This document shows, in pieces, positions 46,713-56,592 of a stretch of DNA of 64,000 nucleotides. The stretch's first letter is position 1. The number at the start of each line of letters is the position of its first letter. Position numbers and translations under genes: made by a program. The stretch covers positions 57,838 to 121,837 of the forward strand of contig VGCD01000001.1 of assembly GCA_016870215.1 (NCBI GenBank). Direction: 5' to 3'. Source of the stretch: Actinomycetota bacterium (GTDB lineage Bacteria > Actinomycetota > Acidimicrobiia > Acidimicrobiales > Ilumatobacteraceae). Below the pieces are notes generated by a model. That model ran no database searches, was not told where the DNA came from, and saw only the letters and a list, made by a program, of their open reading frames with translations.

Positions 46713-49700
46713 ATGGAGGGTTCCGAACAGCGTCGGTCGAATGGTCGTGCCCCGTCAAGCCCGTCGTGGAATGGCGGAGGCGACGGGCCAGCGTGGGGAG
46801 CCAAGCGACAACCTTTTGAACCACGTGAAGACCTGCTGCACTCATCGCGTCGCAGGTCGAGCGTGGTGCCATACGCCGAGTTGCATTGTCGTTCCAACTT
46901 TTCTTTTCTCTCTGGTGCTGCACATCCAGAGCAACTCGTGGAATGTGCCGCCGAGTTGGAGTTGTCTGCATTGGCGCTCACTGATCGCAACGGTTTCTAC
47001 GGAGTCGTGCGTTTTGCCGAAGCGGCGCGCGTCCTCAATATGCCGACCATCTTCGGTGTCGAACTGTGGTGCGATGGTTTGTCGGGGTCACAGACGTCGG
47101 GTGACATGGTGTTCATCGCCGATGGTCCTGCGGGGTATGCGCGGCTGTCACGCGCTATCAGCGCCGCGCAGATTGCCGGTTCCAAGAATGCACCGAAAGC
47201 ACATGTGTCGTCGGTAGCCGACGCGGTCAGTGGCGCGGCGTGGGTGCTCACCGGTGGTGCTGGTGGGGCTGTGGTGCGCGCACTCGAGCAACATGGTCCG
47301 GCAGTTGCCGATCATGTGGTTGCTCAGCTTGTCGATGCCTTTGGTCGTGATCGTGTGCTCGTCGAACTGTGGGATCACGGTGATCCGCTCGATGTTGCCC
47401 GTAACGACGAGTTGGTACGCATTGCCGCACGCCATGACCTCGACTGTGTCGCCAGCAACAACGTCTTCTATGCCTTACCAGAACAACATCGTGTGGCCAC
47501 CGCGTTTGCGGCAATCAACCAACGCAGTTCGCTTGACGACATCGATCACCGTCTACCTGTCGCCGCCACTGCGTACTTGCGTAGCGGGGCAGAACAGTTG
47601 CGCCGGTTTGCGCGTTATCCCGGGGTGGTGGAGGCAGCCGCACGCATCGGGGCGTGTGCTGCTTTCGATCTGTCACTTGTGGCTCCGAAGTTGCCACCGT
47701 TTCCGTGTCCTGATGGGCATGATGAAATGAGTTATCTACGCGAGCTGGTTGGTCGTGGTGCGACCACTCGTTACGGCACGCGTCCAAGTGTCGGTGAAGA
47801 CCTGTCGTTGCGCGCACGAGCGTGGTCCACCATTGATCACGAGTTGGAGGTCATTGCAGCGCTCGGTTTCGCTGGTTATTTCTTGGTCGTGTGGGACATC
47901 GTCGAGTTCTGTCGTCGTCATTCGATCTTGTGTCAAGGGCGAGGCAGCGCCGCCAACAGCGCAGTGTGTTACGCACTTGGCATCACCAAAGCCGATGCGG
48001 TGTCGCTGGGTTTGCTGTTTGAGCGGTTTCTCTCACCCGAACGCGATGGTCCTCCCGATATCGACATCGACATCGAAAGTGGACGACGCGAAGAGGTCAT
48101 TCAGTACGTGTATGCCCGTCATGGTCGAGAGCACGCAGCACAGGTGGCCAATGTCATCACGTATCGCGCGCGGTCTGCGGTGCGCGATATGGCGCGAGCA
48201 TTCGGTCATTCTGTCGAGCAACAAAACACATGGAGCAAGCAAGTCGACATGTGGGGAAGCGTCGCTGCGACTGCGTCGTTGCCTGACCGCGACATCACCG
48301 ACGAGGTCATGGACATGGCTGGGCGCATCGAAGACATGCCACGCCATCTCGGTATCCACTCCGGAGGCATGGTCATCTGCGACCGGCCGGTGGTTGAAGT
48401 GTGTCCGGTGGAGTGGGCACGCATGCGTGATCGAAGTGTGTTGCAGTGGGACAAGGACGACTGCGCTGCGGTCGGTCTGGTGAAGTTCGATCTGCTGGGC
48501 CTCGGCATGCTCTCAGCGCTGCACAACGCCATCGACTTCATTGCGCAACATCGTGGCTACGAGCTCGACCTTGCGGCGTTGCCACAAGAAGACGAGGTGT
48601 ATGCCATGTTGTGTCGCGCCGACACGGTTGGGGTGTTCCAAATTGAATCGCGAGCGCAGATGTCCACGTTGCCCCGTCTCAAGCCGCGACGCTTCTACGA
48701 CCTTGTGGTGGAGGTTGCACTCATCCGGCCCGGACCCATCCAAGGTGGTTCAGTGCATCCGTACATTCGTCGACGCAACGGCAAAGAGCCAGTCACATAC
48801 CTGCACCCGTTGCTCGAAAACAGTCTTGGCAAAACCCTTGGTGTTCCGTTGTTCCAAGAGCAGCTCATGCAGATGGCCATTGATGTCGCGGGCTTCACCC
48901 CGTCGGAAGCAGACCAATTGCGTCAAGCAATGGGTAGCAAACGCTCGCAAGCGCGCATGTTGCGATTGCGAGAGCGGTTGTACGCCGGAATGGCCGAGCG
49001 CGGCATCACCGGAGACATCGCCGATGAGATCTTCGACAAGATGCGCGCGTTTGCCAACTACGGATTTCCCGAAAGTCACTCGGTGAGTTTCGCGTATCTC
49101 GTCTATGCGTCATCGTGGATCAAACTGCACGAACCGGCAGTCTTTTGTGCGTCGTTGTTGAATGCGCAACCGATGGGTTTTTGGTCGCCGCACACACTGG
49201 TGCAAGACGCACGTCGACATGGAGTGGTGGTTCGTACTCCCGACATCAACGCATCTGCTGCCCCCACGGTGCTCGAGTCGAGTGATGAATCTGTTGGTTC
49301 GCTCGCTGTGCGGCTTGGTATCGCATCTGTGCGCGGTGTGGGTGACCAGTTGGCTCGTCGTATTGCTGATGCTCGACCGTTCACCAGCGTCGAAGATCTC
49401 AGCCGTCGTGTTGACGGTCTCACCAAACGTCATGTCGAGACATTGGCAACGGCCGGAGTCTTTTCGGAAAGCTTCGGCATCGATCGCCGAAGTGCATTGT
49501 GGAAAGCAGGGCAACATGTCTCAGGCAGTGTCGACAGGTTGCAGGGAGTGGCGGCGGTCGACACCACTCCAGCGCTACCTGGAATGGAACCAATTGAAGT
49601 TGCAATTGCTGACTTGTGGTCCACGGGCATTTCTCCCGATGGTCACCCGACACGGTTCCTGCGTGACGAACTGACACGGCGCGGAGTATTCACTGCCGAT

Positions 49701-49997
49701 CAGTTGGCGCAGTTGCCGAATCGCAGCAAGGTCGTGGTGGCAGGTGTGGTCACGCATCGGCAACGCCCCATGACTGCGCGAGGCGCCACGTTCATCAGTC
49801 TTGAAGACGAGACCGGTCTCATCAACGTCATCTGTTCGCGCGGATGTTGGCAACGTCATCGTCTGGTGGCGCGCGATGCATCGGCGCTTTTGGTGCGCGG
49901 TGTCGTCGAGTGCGCAGATGGAGTCGTGAACATCATCGCTGAATCACTGGTTGCGTTGTTCGGAGTTCCTGCCGTGGCTGTCCGAGACTTTCGCTGA
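46713..49997 (+). CDS. dnaE2: error-prone DNA polymerase III alpha subunit DnaE2
   Basis: PHP start YAELHCRSNFSFLSGA, an N-terminal SNG..PSW motif like mycobacterial DnaE2, GRGSAANS, and length of about 1090 aa. The ORF-track ATG 46692 lies inside the LexA box, so 46713 is preferred. Confidence 0.9.
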   Translation: MEGSEQRRSNGRAPSSPSWNGGGDGPAWGAKRQPFEPREDLLHSSRRRSSVVPYAELHCRSNFSFLSGAAHPEQLVECAAELELSALALTDRNGFYGVVRFAEAARVLNMPTIFGVELWCDGLSGSQTSGDMVFIADGPAGYARLSRAISAAQIAGSKNAPKAHVSSVADAVSGAAWVLTGGAGGAVVRALEQHGPAVADHVVAQLVDAFGRDRVLVELWDHGDPLDVARNDELVRIAARHDLDCVASNNVFYALPEQHRVATAFAAINQRSSLDDIDHRLPVAATAYLRSGAEQLRRFARYPGVVEAAARIGACAAFDLSLVAPKLPPFPCPDGHDEMSYLRELVGRGATTRYGTRPSVGEDLSLRARAWSTIDHELEVIAALGFAGYFLVVWDIVEFCRRHSILCQGRGSAANSAVCYALGITKADAVSLGLLFERFLSPERDGPPDIDIDIESGRREEVIQYVYARHGREHAAQVANVITYRARSAVRDMARAFGHSVEQQNTWSKQVDMWGSVAATASLPDRDITDEVMDMAGRIEDMPRHLGIHSGGMVICDRPVVEVCPVEWARMRDRSVLQWDKDDCAAVGLVKFDLLGLGMLSALHNAIDFIAQHRGYELDLAALPQEDEVYAMLCRADTVGVFQIESRAQMSTLPRLKPRRFYDLVVEVALIRPGPIQGGSVHPYIRRRNGKEPVTYLHPLLENSLGKTLGVPLFQEQLMQMAIDVAGFTPSEADQLRQAMGSKRSQARMLRLRERLYAGMAERGITGDIADEIFDKMRAFANYGFPESHSVSFAYLVYASSWIKLHEPAVFCASLLNAQPMGFWSPHTLVQDARRHGVVVRTPDINASAAPTVLESSDESVGSLAVRLGIASVRGVGDQLARRIADARPFTSVEDLSRRVDGLTKRHVETLATAGVFSESFGIDRRSALWKAGQHVSGSVDRLQGVAAVDTTPALPGMEPIEVAIADLWSTGISPDGHPTRFLRDELTRRGVFTADQLAQLPNRSKVVVAGVVTHRQRPMTARGATFISLEDETGLINVICSRGCWQRHRLVARDASALLVRGVVECADGVVNIIAESLVALFGVPAVAVRDFR

Positions 49998-50034
49998 ATA
50001 TCTCACCAACAGAACGATCAAGTCGATTGAGAAG

Positions 50035-50568
50035 TCAACTGCGACGTCGACGTCGACGTCTGGTGAGGTACTCCTCGAGGCCTTCTTGGTGTAGCTCAAG
50101 TGGTTGTGACGGAGCGCCCATCTCAACAATGTGCGACACAATGTCGGCCAATTCAATCGGTGCAAAAAAGTCATCACCGTCGTAGTTACTCAACTCTTCG
50201 AGTGGCCACCACTTGATGTCCGACACGTTCTCGGCGGCAAGTTGTTCTTGAGAGAGAAGAGGCTGTGGATCGAAATAGTCGGCGTGAATCATGTAGGCGA
50301 AATCACGTTGGCCATCCCATGTGCTGTTGAACATCGGCATCACATGAGTGCGAGTCCACACATGGGTGCCAATCACTGGCTCACTCAGGCCTACCTCTTC
50401 GGCCAACTCTCGCGACAACGCGTCGTGATGTGCTTCTCCAGGTTCAATGCCACCACCAGGCAGTAGCCACACCGCTCCATCAGGAAACTGCAGTCGCACG
50501 AGTAGCACACGTCGCTCACCATCGATGATGAGGCCACGTACTGCCTCGCGAATGTTGAGGTGCTTCAT
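50035..50568 (-). CDS. NUDIX hydrolase with Arg7 C-terminal tail
   Basis: Nudix box GGGIEPGEAHHDALSRELAEEVGL. Confidence 0.85.
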   Translation of the reverse strand: MKHLNIREAVRGLIIDGERRVLLVRLQFPDGAVWLLPGGGIEPGEAHHDALSRELAEEVGLSEPVIGTHVWTRTHVMPMFNSTWDGQRDFAYMIHADYFDPQPLLSQEQLAAENVSDIKWWPLEELSNYDGDDFFAPIELADIVSHIVEMGAPSQPLELHQEGLEEYLTRRRRRRRS

Positions 50569-50870
50569 TCGGACGGGTTCTCACCGAGGTTCTCATTGAA
50601 CATGCGGTATGTGTCGTAGATGTCGCGACACTCTTGACACATCGGTAGTTGTTTCGGGTCGCGCGACGGCACCCAAACATGTCCGCACAGTGCTTCAAGG
50701 GAAGTGCCGTAAATGCGCGCTTCGAGCACTTTGGCTGCTGCAGACTCACCTGGCTCGGTTTTCACGATGTGGGCCACGACAGGCTCGCCGGTCTCCGGCA
50801 CATGTTCCGTGGTGGGTACGACTTCTGCGGGTCTGGTCTGCAGTGGGGCAACCGTCGAAGTGAATGTCAT
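50565..50870 (-). CDS. DUF3039-like conserved actinobacterial protein
   Basis: CGHVWVPSRDPKQLPMCQEC pattern. 4-nt overlap with the downstream NUDIX gene. Confidence 0.55.
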   Translation of the reverse strand: MTFTSTVAPLQTRPAEVVPTTEHVPETGEPVVAHIVKTEPGESAAAKVLEARIYGTSLEALCGHVWVPSRDPKQLPMCQECRDIYDTYRMFNENLGENPSE

Positions 50871-50913
50871 GTGCGCTAGTCAAGCACGAGTGGCGGTGAC
50901 ATACACTTGCGAC

Positions 50914-51141
50914 ATGCCGTTGTACGAGTTTCGCTGCAAGTCCTGTGACACCACGTTCGAAGAGCGTCGACCCATGAGCGAAGCAAGTGCGCCCGCCACA
51001 TGTCCGAACGGCCATGACACAGCCGTCCGCGTGCTCAGCGTGTTCGCATCAGTTGGCGCTAGCGGTGCATCGGCACCTGCAGCGGCACCGAGCATGCCAA
51101 TGGGTGGCGGATGTTGCGGCGGTTCGTGCCACGCTCACTAG
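50914..51141 (+). CDS. FmdB-family zinc-ribbon protein
   Basis: MPLYEFRCKSCDTTFE...CPNGH is the CxxC...CxxxH ribbon. ATG lies 6 nt after TACACT; the ORF-track start is 50713. Confidence 0.8.
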   Translation: MPLYEFRCKSCDTTFEERRPMSEASAPATCPNGHDTAVRVLSVFASVGASGASAPAAAPSMPMGGGCCGGSCHAH

Positions 51142-51177
51142 CCGGCTGTTAACAAGTCGACGACGAAGACCAGTCCG

Positions 51178-52017
51178 TCACGCAATTGTGAGTGCAGCGA
51201 CCACACACACCACTGATGCCGTGATTGGAGATGCGAGGGAGATCCAAGGTATCTCGCGATTCCAGCGCGGCTCAAGCATTGCGTAACCGACCAAGGCGCC
51301 GACGACGGCACCACCGAGATGTCCACCGATTGACACGCCGGGAATCGCAAAGGTGATCAACAAGTTCAACACCAGTGTCGCTCCGATGCCGGTCTGGAAC
51401 GGGTTGATGCCACGTTGACGAAGTCCCACGCTCGCCGCTGCCATCAAACCGAACACCGCACCAGATGCACCACCAGTGAGTGCATTCGGGCTCAGCAATA
51501 ACGCACCGAGCGAACCTCCGAAGAGTGACGCTGCATAGAGCAATGCGAAGCGTGTTCGACCAATGCCAGTTTCGAGCAGTTGTCCCAACTGAAACAACAA
51601 CAACATGTTCATGGCAATGTGAAACACGCCGAAGTGTAAGAAACCGCCGGTGACGAGTCGCCACCACTCGCCGTTCTCGATGAACACAGACGACAGTGCG
51701 AGATCAAACTGTCGGCGGTTGATGTTGCTACCAGACAGAATGCCGGTCACGCCGCCGAGCAGGGTCCACAAGAAAATGCCACCGTTCACTGCAATGAGAA
51801 GTCGTGTCACGAACATGTGTTGGCCGGCATTCCATTGGCGAAACCGCATTCCGGTGCTTGGAAGAGATGCGCGTAGGCAGTCGGGGCAAATTGACCCGAC
51901 GTGAGCCTGTGTCAAACAGTCAGCGCACGCAGGTCGCATGCACCGAGTGCACTGGCGACCGGTCGGGCGACCGGCATGGCGATGACAATCAGGCAATGTC
52001 GGAGGGGGAAACGACAC
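51178..52017 (-). CDS. rhomboid family intramembrane serine protease with N-terminal zinc ribbon
   Basis: CHRHAGRPTGRQCTRCMRPACADC, WWRLVTGGFLH, GASGAVFG (catalytic Ser) and GGHLGG (His). Start uncertain: GTG 52017 or TTG 51996. The ORF-track extension to 52494 overlaps fcl. Confidence 0.8.
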   Translation of the reverse strand: MSFPPPTLPDCHRHAGRPTGRQCTRCMRPACADCLTQAHVGSICPDCLRASLPSTGMRFRQWNAGQHMFVTRLLIAVNGGIFLWTLLGGVTGILSGSNINRRQFDLALSSVFIENGEWWRLVTGGFLHFGVFHIAMNMLLLFQLGQLLETGIGRTRFALLYAASLFGGSLGALLLSPNALTGGASGAVFGLMAAASVGLRQRGINPFQTGIGATLVLNLLITFAIPGVSIGGHLGGAVVGALVGYAMLEPRWNREIPWISLASPITASVVCVVAALTIA

Positions 52018-52051
52018 AGACGCAGAGTACCGAGCAAACGGCAGCGACGAC

Positions 52052-53011
52052 TCAGCGAGGTGGCTGTTCGGCGAGTTTTCGGTTGGCGAGATACCAGTCA
52101 ATGGTGTTTCGCAATCCGTCGCGGAATGACATCTGCGCACGCCAGCCAAGTAGTTGTTCTGCGCGGCTCGGGTCAATGCGACGACGAGGCTGGCCGTCTG
52201 GCTTCGTGGAATCCCACACCAACTCGCCGGTGAAACCTGTGAGCTCAGCAATGGTCTCGACGGTTTCACGAATGGTGATCTCACGGTCAGTTCCGAGATT
52301 GATGGGTTCGACACCTTCGTGCACTTCTGCAGCCAAGACGATTGCTGCAGCGGCATCGTCAACGTACAAGTACTCGCGGCTTGCAGAACCGGTACCCCAC
52401 ACATCGACTTTGTCTGCTTCTGACTCTTTCGCTTCGACGCATTTCTTGATGAGAGCGGGAATGACGTGCGACACGGCTGGGTGGAACTTGTCACCAGGTC
52501 CGTAGAGATTGGTTGGTATCAGGTACGCAAAACGCTGCCCGTACTGCGATGCGTTCACCTGGGCGTGCACAAGGTGCGCCTTTTTCGCAACTCCATATGG
52601 TGCGTTCGTCTCTTCGGGGTAGCCATCCCAGAACGACGACTCTTTGAACGGCACGGGTGTGAACTTCGGATAACTGCAGACGGTTCCGAGCAGCACGGTC
52701 TTTTCAACGCCCACTGCACGTGATGCTTCGATGACGTTGGTGCCCATCATCAAGTTGTCGAGATAGAGACGTGCAGGGTCGGCTTGGTTGTATCCGATAC
52801 CACCTACTCGTGCAGCGAGGTGAATGACATGGCTGGGGGATAGCGAGCGCAACATGGCCTCGGCTGCACCGGGTACGACAAGGTCACACTCATCATGTGT
52901 CGGCGCGTGCACCTCGGCGCCTTCGGCGCGCAACCGGCGAAGCACCACCGAGCCGAGGAAGCCGTGGCCACCAGTGACCACAACGCTGCGCCCTGACCAG
53001 AATGCCGACAT
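52052..53011 (-). CDS. fcl: GDP-L-fucose synthase (GDP-4-keto-6-deoxymannose 3,5-epimerase/4-reductase)
   Basis: VVVTGGHGFLGS, HLAARVGGI, PEETNAPYGVAKK and NLYGPGD. ATG 53011 lies 7 nt after TACGAT; an alternative ATG is at 53020. Confidence 0.85.
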   Translation of the reverse strand: MSAFWSGRSVVVTGGHGFLGSVVLRRLRAEGAEVHAPTHDECDLVVPGAAEAMLRSLSPSHVIHLAARVGGIGYNQADPARLYLDNLMMGTNVIEASRAVGVEKTVLLGTVCSYPKFTPVPFKESSFWDGYPEETNAPYGVAKKAHLVHAQVNASQYGQRFAYLIPTNLYGPGDKFHPAVSHVIPALIKKCVEAKESEADKVDVWGTGSASREYLYVDDAAAAIVLAAEVHEGVEPINLGTDREITIRETVETIAELTGFTGELVWDSTKPDGQPRRRIDPSRAEQLLGWRAQMSFRDGLRNTIDWYLANRKLAEQPPR

Positions 53012-53049
53012 GGATGCCATCGTAGGACCCCACCGGTCAGAATGAAGGC

Positions 53050-54138
53050 GTGCGCGTTGCCTACACGATTGAGCAGTGCTGGCATCGGGTGCCAGGCGGA
53101 ACGGCCGTGGCAGCGCTCGAAGTGGCTCGCGAGCTGGTTGGGTTGGGTACGAGCAGTGACATCGATGTCGTCGGTGTGGCGGGTCGGCATCGACATGCGC
53201 CCGCACCAGACATGATACCGCCGATGACGGTGCGCGGGTTGCCATTGTCTGGTCCGTATCTCTACGAAGCATGGACTCGTTTTCGTTGGCCGAGAGTTGA
53301 ATCAGTTGTCGACAACGCCGATGTCGTGCATTCGACGACGGTCATTCCGGCAGCAACGAAATTGCCACACGTCGTGACGTTGCACGATGTTGCTTTTCTT
53401 GCTCACCCTGAGTTCTTCACCGCGAGGGGCAATCGTATTTTCAGACGCGGGCTCGACATCATTCGCGACGAAGCGGCGCTTGTGTTGTGTTCGTCGCGAG
53501 CCACCATCGAAGACTGCGCAACATATGGCATCGATCGGGGTCGACTCCGACACATTCCGCTCGGCGTACGTTCTACCCCTGCCACTGATGCAGAGATCGC
53601 TCGTGTGCGCGAGGCGCATTCCTTGCCGCACAATTTTGCACTGTTCGTCGGCACTCTCGAGCCGCGCAAGAACTTGCCGCGTTTGCTTGCGGCATGTGCC
53701 GAGGCACGTCTCGACGTTCCGCTCGTGATTGTCGGTGCGCAAGGATGGGGTGAATCGGTGCAACCGACGCCCGGTGTCGATGTCCGTTTCGGTGGATTCG
53801 TTCCCGCGGGAGATTTGGCTGCTATTTACGCAGCAGCCGATGTGTTGTGTTACCCGTCGATTCTCGAGGGATTCGGATTGCCGATACTCGAGGCAATGGC
53901 GCAAGGAACTCCAGTCGTGACATCTGCGGGCACTTCAACAGAAGAAGTCGCCGGTGGTGTTGCAGAGTTGTGTGATCCGACTGATGTGTCGTCGATTGCC
54001 GGAGCAATTGTGCGAGCTCGCTCTCGCGCAGAGGAACTGTCGCAAGCAGGTCGTGTCCGCGCAGCGTCAATGACGTGGGCCAACACTGCACAACAAACAC
54101 TTCATGAGTACCGCACTATTTGCGAAAGTGCTCGGTGA
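53050..54138 (+). CDS. glycosyltransferase family 4 (GT-B)
   Basis: C-terminal EGFGLPILEAMAQGTPVV motif (E-x7-E type). Confidence 0.8.
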   Translation: MRVAYTIEQCWHRVPGGTAVAALEVARELVGLGTSSDIDVVGVAGRHRHAPAPDMIPPMTVRGLPLSGPYLYEAWTRFRWPRVESVVDNADVVHSTTVIPAATKLPHVVTLHDVAFLAHPEFFTARGNRIFRRGLDIIRDEAALVLCSSRATIEDCATYGIDRGRLRHIPLGVRSTPATDAEIARVREAHSLPHNFALFVGTLEPRKNLPRLLAACAEARLDVPLVIVGAQGWGESVQPTPGVDVRFGGFVPAGDLAAIYAAADVLCYPSILEGFGLPILEAMAQGTPVVTSAGTSTEEVAGGVAELCDPTDVSSIAGAIVRARSRAEELSQAGRVRAASMTWANTAQQTLHEYRTICESAR

Positions 54139-54156
54139 GCAAGTGAGCGGTGCAGA

Positions 54157-55317
54157 ATGAGCGTCAAGACCCGTGTGGGAATGAATCTGCTGTGGAGTGT
54201 GCCTGGTGTGGGTGGCAGCGAGGACTACTTGTTGCGACAACTCCTCGGATTGTCGGAAATTGACCACAACTACGACGTCACCGTGTTCGCGCCTCGCGGC
54301 TTCTCGCAGCGACACCCGTGGCTTGGCGAACATCACCGCGTGATTGAGGCTCCGTCTGATTGCACCAAACGAGAGGTGCGCATTGCTCTTGAACACACAT
54401 GGCTAGTTGCGAAGTCGCGACAGATGAATCTCATGCATCACGGCGGCGGCTCGATGCCTCGGACTGAGAATGCACCATCACTGCTCACTGTTCATGATGT
54501 GCAATGGATGGATTATCCCGAGTACGTGTCGCCACGAAAACTTGCGTATCTGAAACGTATGGTTTCGTCAGCACTTCGGCGTGCCGATCACATTGCTGTA
54601 CCTTCACGTTTCGTTGCATCAACTTTGGTGCAACATTTTGCCGTTCCCGAGCAAAAGATCTCGGTGGTGCGTCACGGCCTTGAGCCCCGGTTTGTGGCCG
54701 AAGCGTCATCAGAAGCTGACCTTCGCTCACGTTTTGGTCTCGGAGCTCGTCGTGTCGTCACATTCCCAGCCATCACTCATCCACACAAGAACCATCGTTT
54801 CTTGCTCGAGCTGCTCGCCGTGCAGGGCGACTTCGCTGATCCGTCGTTGGTGTTGGTCTGCACTGGGGGCGAAGGACGAGCCGAGCAGTCCGTGAGGGCG
54901 ACTGTAGAAACTCTCGGGTTAGCCGATCGAGTGAAGTTTCTTGGTCGTGTGTCTGGGGCAGATCGCAATGGCCTCATCAAGATGTCCGAGGCGATGGTGT
55001 TTCCCAGTGAATACGAGGGCTTCGGAGCACCTGTCATCGAAGCGATGCTGCTCGGAGTACCGGTGGTGTGTAGCGATCGAGCCAGCCTTCCGGAAGTGGC
55101 CGGCTCAGCGGGCATGGTCTTGCCACTTAACACCGAGGATTGGAGCCATGCACTCACGCGAGTGAATATGCGTCGTGACGAGATTGTCGCAGCAGGTCGT
55201 GCGCGCGTAACTCTCTTCACAACTGCATTGTCGGCCGGTGAACTGATTGCCTGTTACGACAACGTGCTTGCGCACATCAACCAGGGTGTGTCGGCGCGAA
55301 GAAAGCATTCACAGTGA
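54157..55317 (+). CDS. glycosyltransferase family 4 (GT-B)
   Basis: SEYEGFGAPVIEAMLLGVPVV. Confidence 0.8.
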   Translation: MSVKTRVGMNLLWSVPGVGGSEDYLLRQLLGLSEIDHNYDVTVFAPRGFSQRHPWLGEHHRVIEAPSDCTKREVRIALEHTWLVAKSRQMNLMHHGGGSMPRTENAPSLLTVHDVQWMDYPEYVSPRKLAYLKRMVSSALRRADHIAVPSRFVASTLVQHFAVPEQKISVVRHGLEPRFVAEASSEADLRSRFGLGARRVVTFPAITHPHKNHRFLLELLAVQGDFADPSLVLVCTGGEGRAEQSVRATVETLGLADRVKFLGRVSGADRNGLIKMSEAMVFPSEYEGFGAPVIEAMLLGVPVVCSDRASLPEVAGSAGMVLPLNTEDWSHALTRVNMRRDEIVAAGRARVTLFTTALSAGELIACYDNVLAHINQGVSARRKHSQ

Positions 55318-56573
55318 TGTCATCTGTCTCTTCTCGCTCAGACAAAAAAGTAGTTGTACTGTGTCCGCACTTTGCACCAGACACAGCGCCGACTGGTGAT
55401 GTCATGACGCGAATCGTGCAAGAGATGGTGGGTCTTGGTGTCGAAGTGCACGTCGTCACTGCGCTGCCGTGGTATCGCCATCACGCAATTGAAAAAGGTT
55501 GGACCGGACGACTCGTCAGACGAGAGCGCACCCCGTGGGGTTCGATCACTCGGGTGCATCCATTTCCGTCGAAGAACAAGCGAAATCTTCTTGCACGTGC
55601 AGTCGCCTTTCTGGCGTTCAGTGTTCTCGCGGGTGTATGTGCGCTCTTTGTCGGTGGATGGCGTAGGCGCGTGTCCGCAATCATCGCCATGTCGCCACCT
55701 TTGACACTCGGACTCACTGGCTGGTTTGCCGGAATCATTCGACGGGCATCATTGGTGTTCAACATCCAAGATGTGTTTCCCGACGCTGCCGTTCAGACCG
55801 GGGCCATCACGAACCGTCGAGTCATCGCCGCCGCTTCGTGGCTGGAACGTCTCAGCTATCGACGTTCCGCTGCAGTCGTGGTGCTGAGCGAAGACTTGAG
55901 ACGCAACGTAGCGGCGAAGTTGTCCACGTCACATCAAGAACGAGTTCATGTCATTCCGAATTTCGTCGACTCTGAGGCAATCGCACCGGGCAATCGCATG
56001 ACGGACTATCGCCGGGAACTGTCTATTGGCGACGAGACCGTGGTGTTGTACTCGGGCAATGTGGGGTACTCCCAATCGCTCGAGTTGTTGATTGACGCTG
56101 CACGGCACTTTCCTGATGTCACATTCCTTGTGAACGGCGATGGAAGCGCACGTGACTCGTTGCTAGTTGCAACAGAAGGGTTGGCAAATGTGCGCTTTGG
56201 CGAGTATCAGCCAAAGGAGCGGCTGTCTGAAGTGCTCGCGACGGGGGATATCCATGTGGTGCCATTGCGACGTGGGCTTGGCTCTGTGAGCGTGCCATCC
56301 AAGACCTACAGCATCCTCGCCGCGGGACGACCTGTGTTGGCGGCGATCGACGCCGACACCGAGGTCACTCGCATTCTTTCGGCAAGTGGAGCGGGCCTCA
56401 GCGTCTCACCCGACGACAGCGAGCAATTCAGAGAGGGTCTACGAACCTTGCTCGAAGATCGGCAGGGGTGCGAGGTCATGGGTGCTGCGGGGCGAAAGTG
56501 GGTCGAAACACATGTGTCACCGCAAGCGGTCGGTCGTGCATATGTCGACCTGATCAGTTCAGTGGGGAAGTAG
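55314..56573 (+). CDS. glycosyltransferase family 4, WcaI-like
   Basis: N-terminal VVLCPHFAPDTAPTG pattern and a C-terminal GT-B fold pattern. 4-nt overlap with the upstream GT. Confidence 0.75.
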   Translation: MMSSVSSRSDKKVVVLCPHFAPDTAPTGDVMTRIVQEMVGLGVEVHVVTALPWYRHHAIEKGWTGRLVRRERTPWGSITRVHPFPSKNKRNLLARAVAFLAFSVLAGVCALFVGGWRRRVSAIIAMSPPLTLGLTGWFAGIIRRASLVFNIQDVFPDAAVQTGAITNRRVIAAASWLERLSYRRSAAVVVLSEDLRRNVAAKLSTSHQERVHVIPNFVDSEAIAPGNRMTDYRRELSIGDETVVLYSGNVGYSQSLELLIDAARHFPDVTFLVNGDGSARDSLLVATEGLANVRFGEYQPKERLSEVLATGDIHVVPLRRGLGSVSVPSKTYSILAAGRPVLAAIDADTEVTRILSASGAGLSVSPDDSEQFREGLRTLLEDRQGCEVMGAAGRKWVETHVSPQAVGRAYVDLISSVGK

Positions 56574-56592
56574 CCGGTAGCCTCTCTTTTTC

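Noticed and set aside
50035-50062. (ACGTCG)3 tandem hexamer.
   Set aside because: It lies inside the NUDIX ORF and simply encodes its C-terminal Arg7 tail. There is no independent signal.
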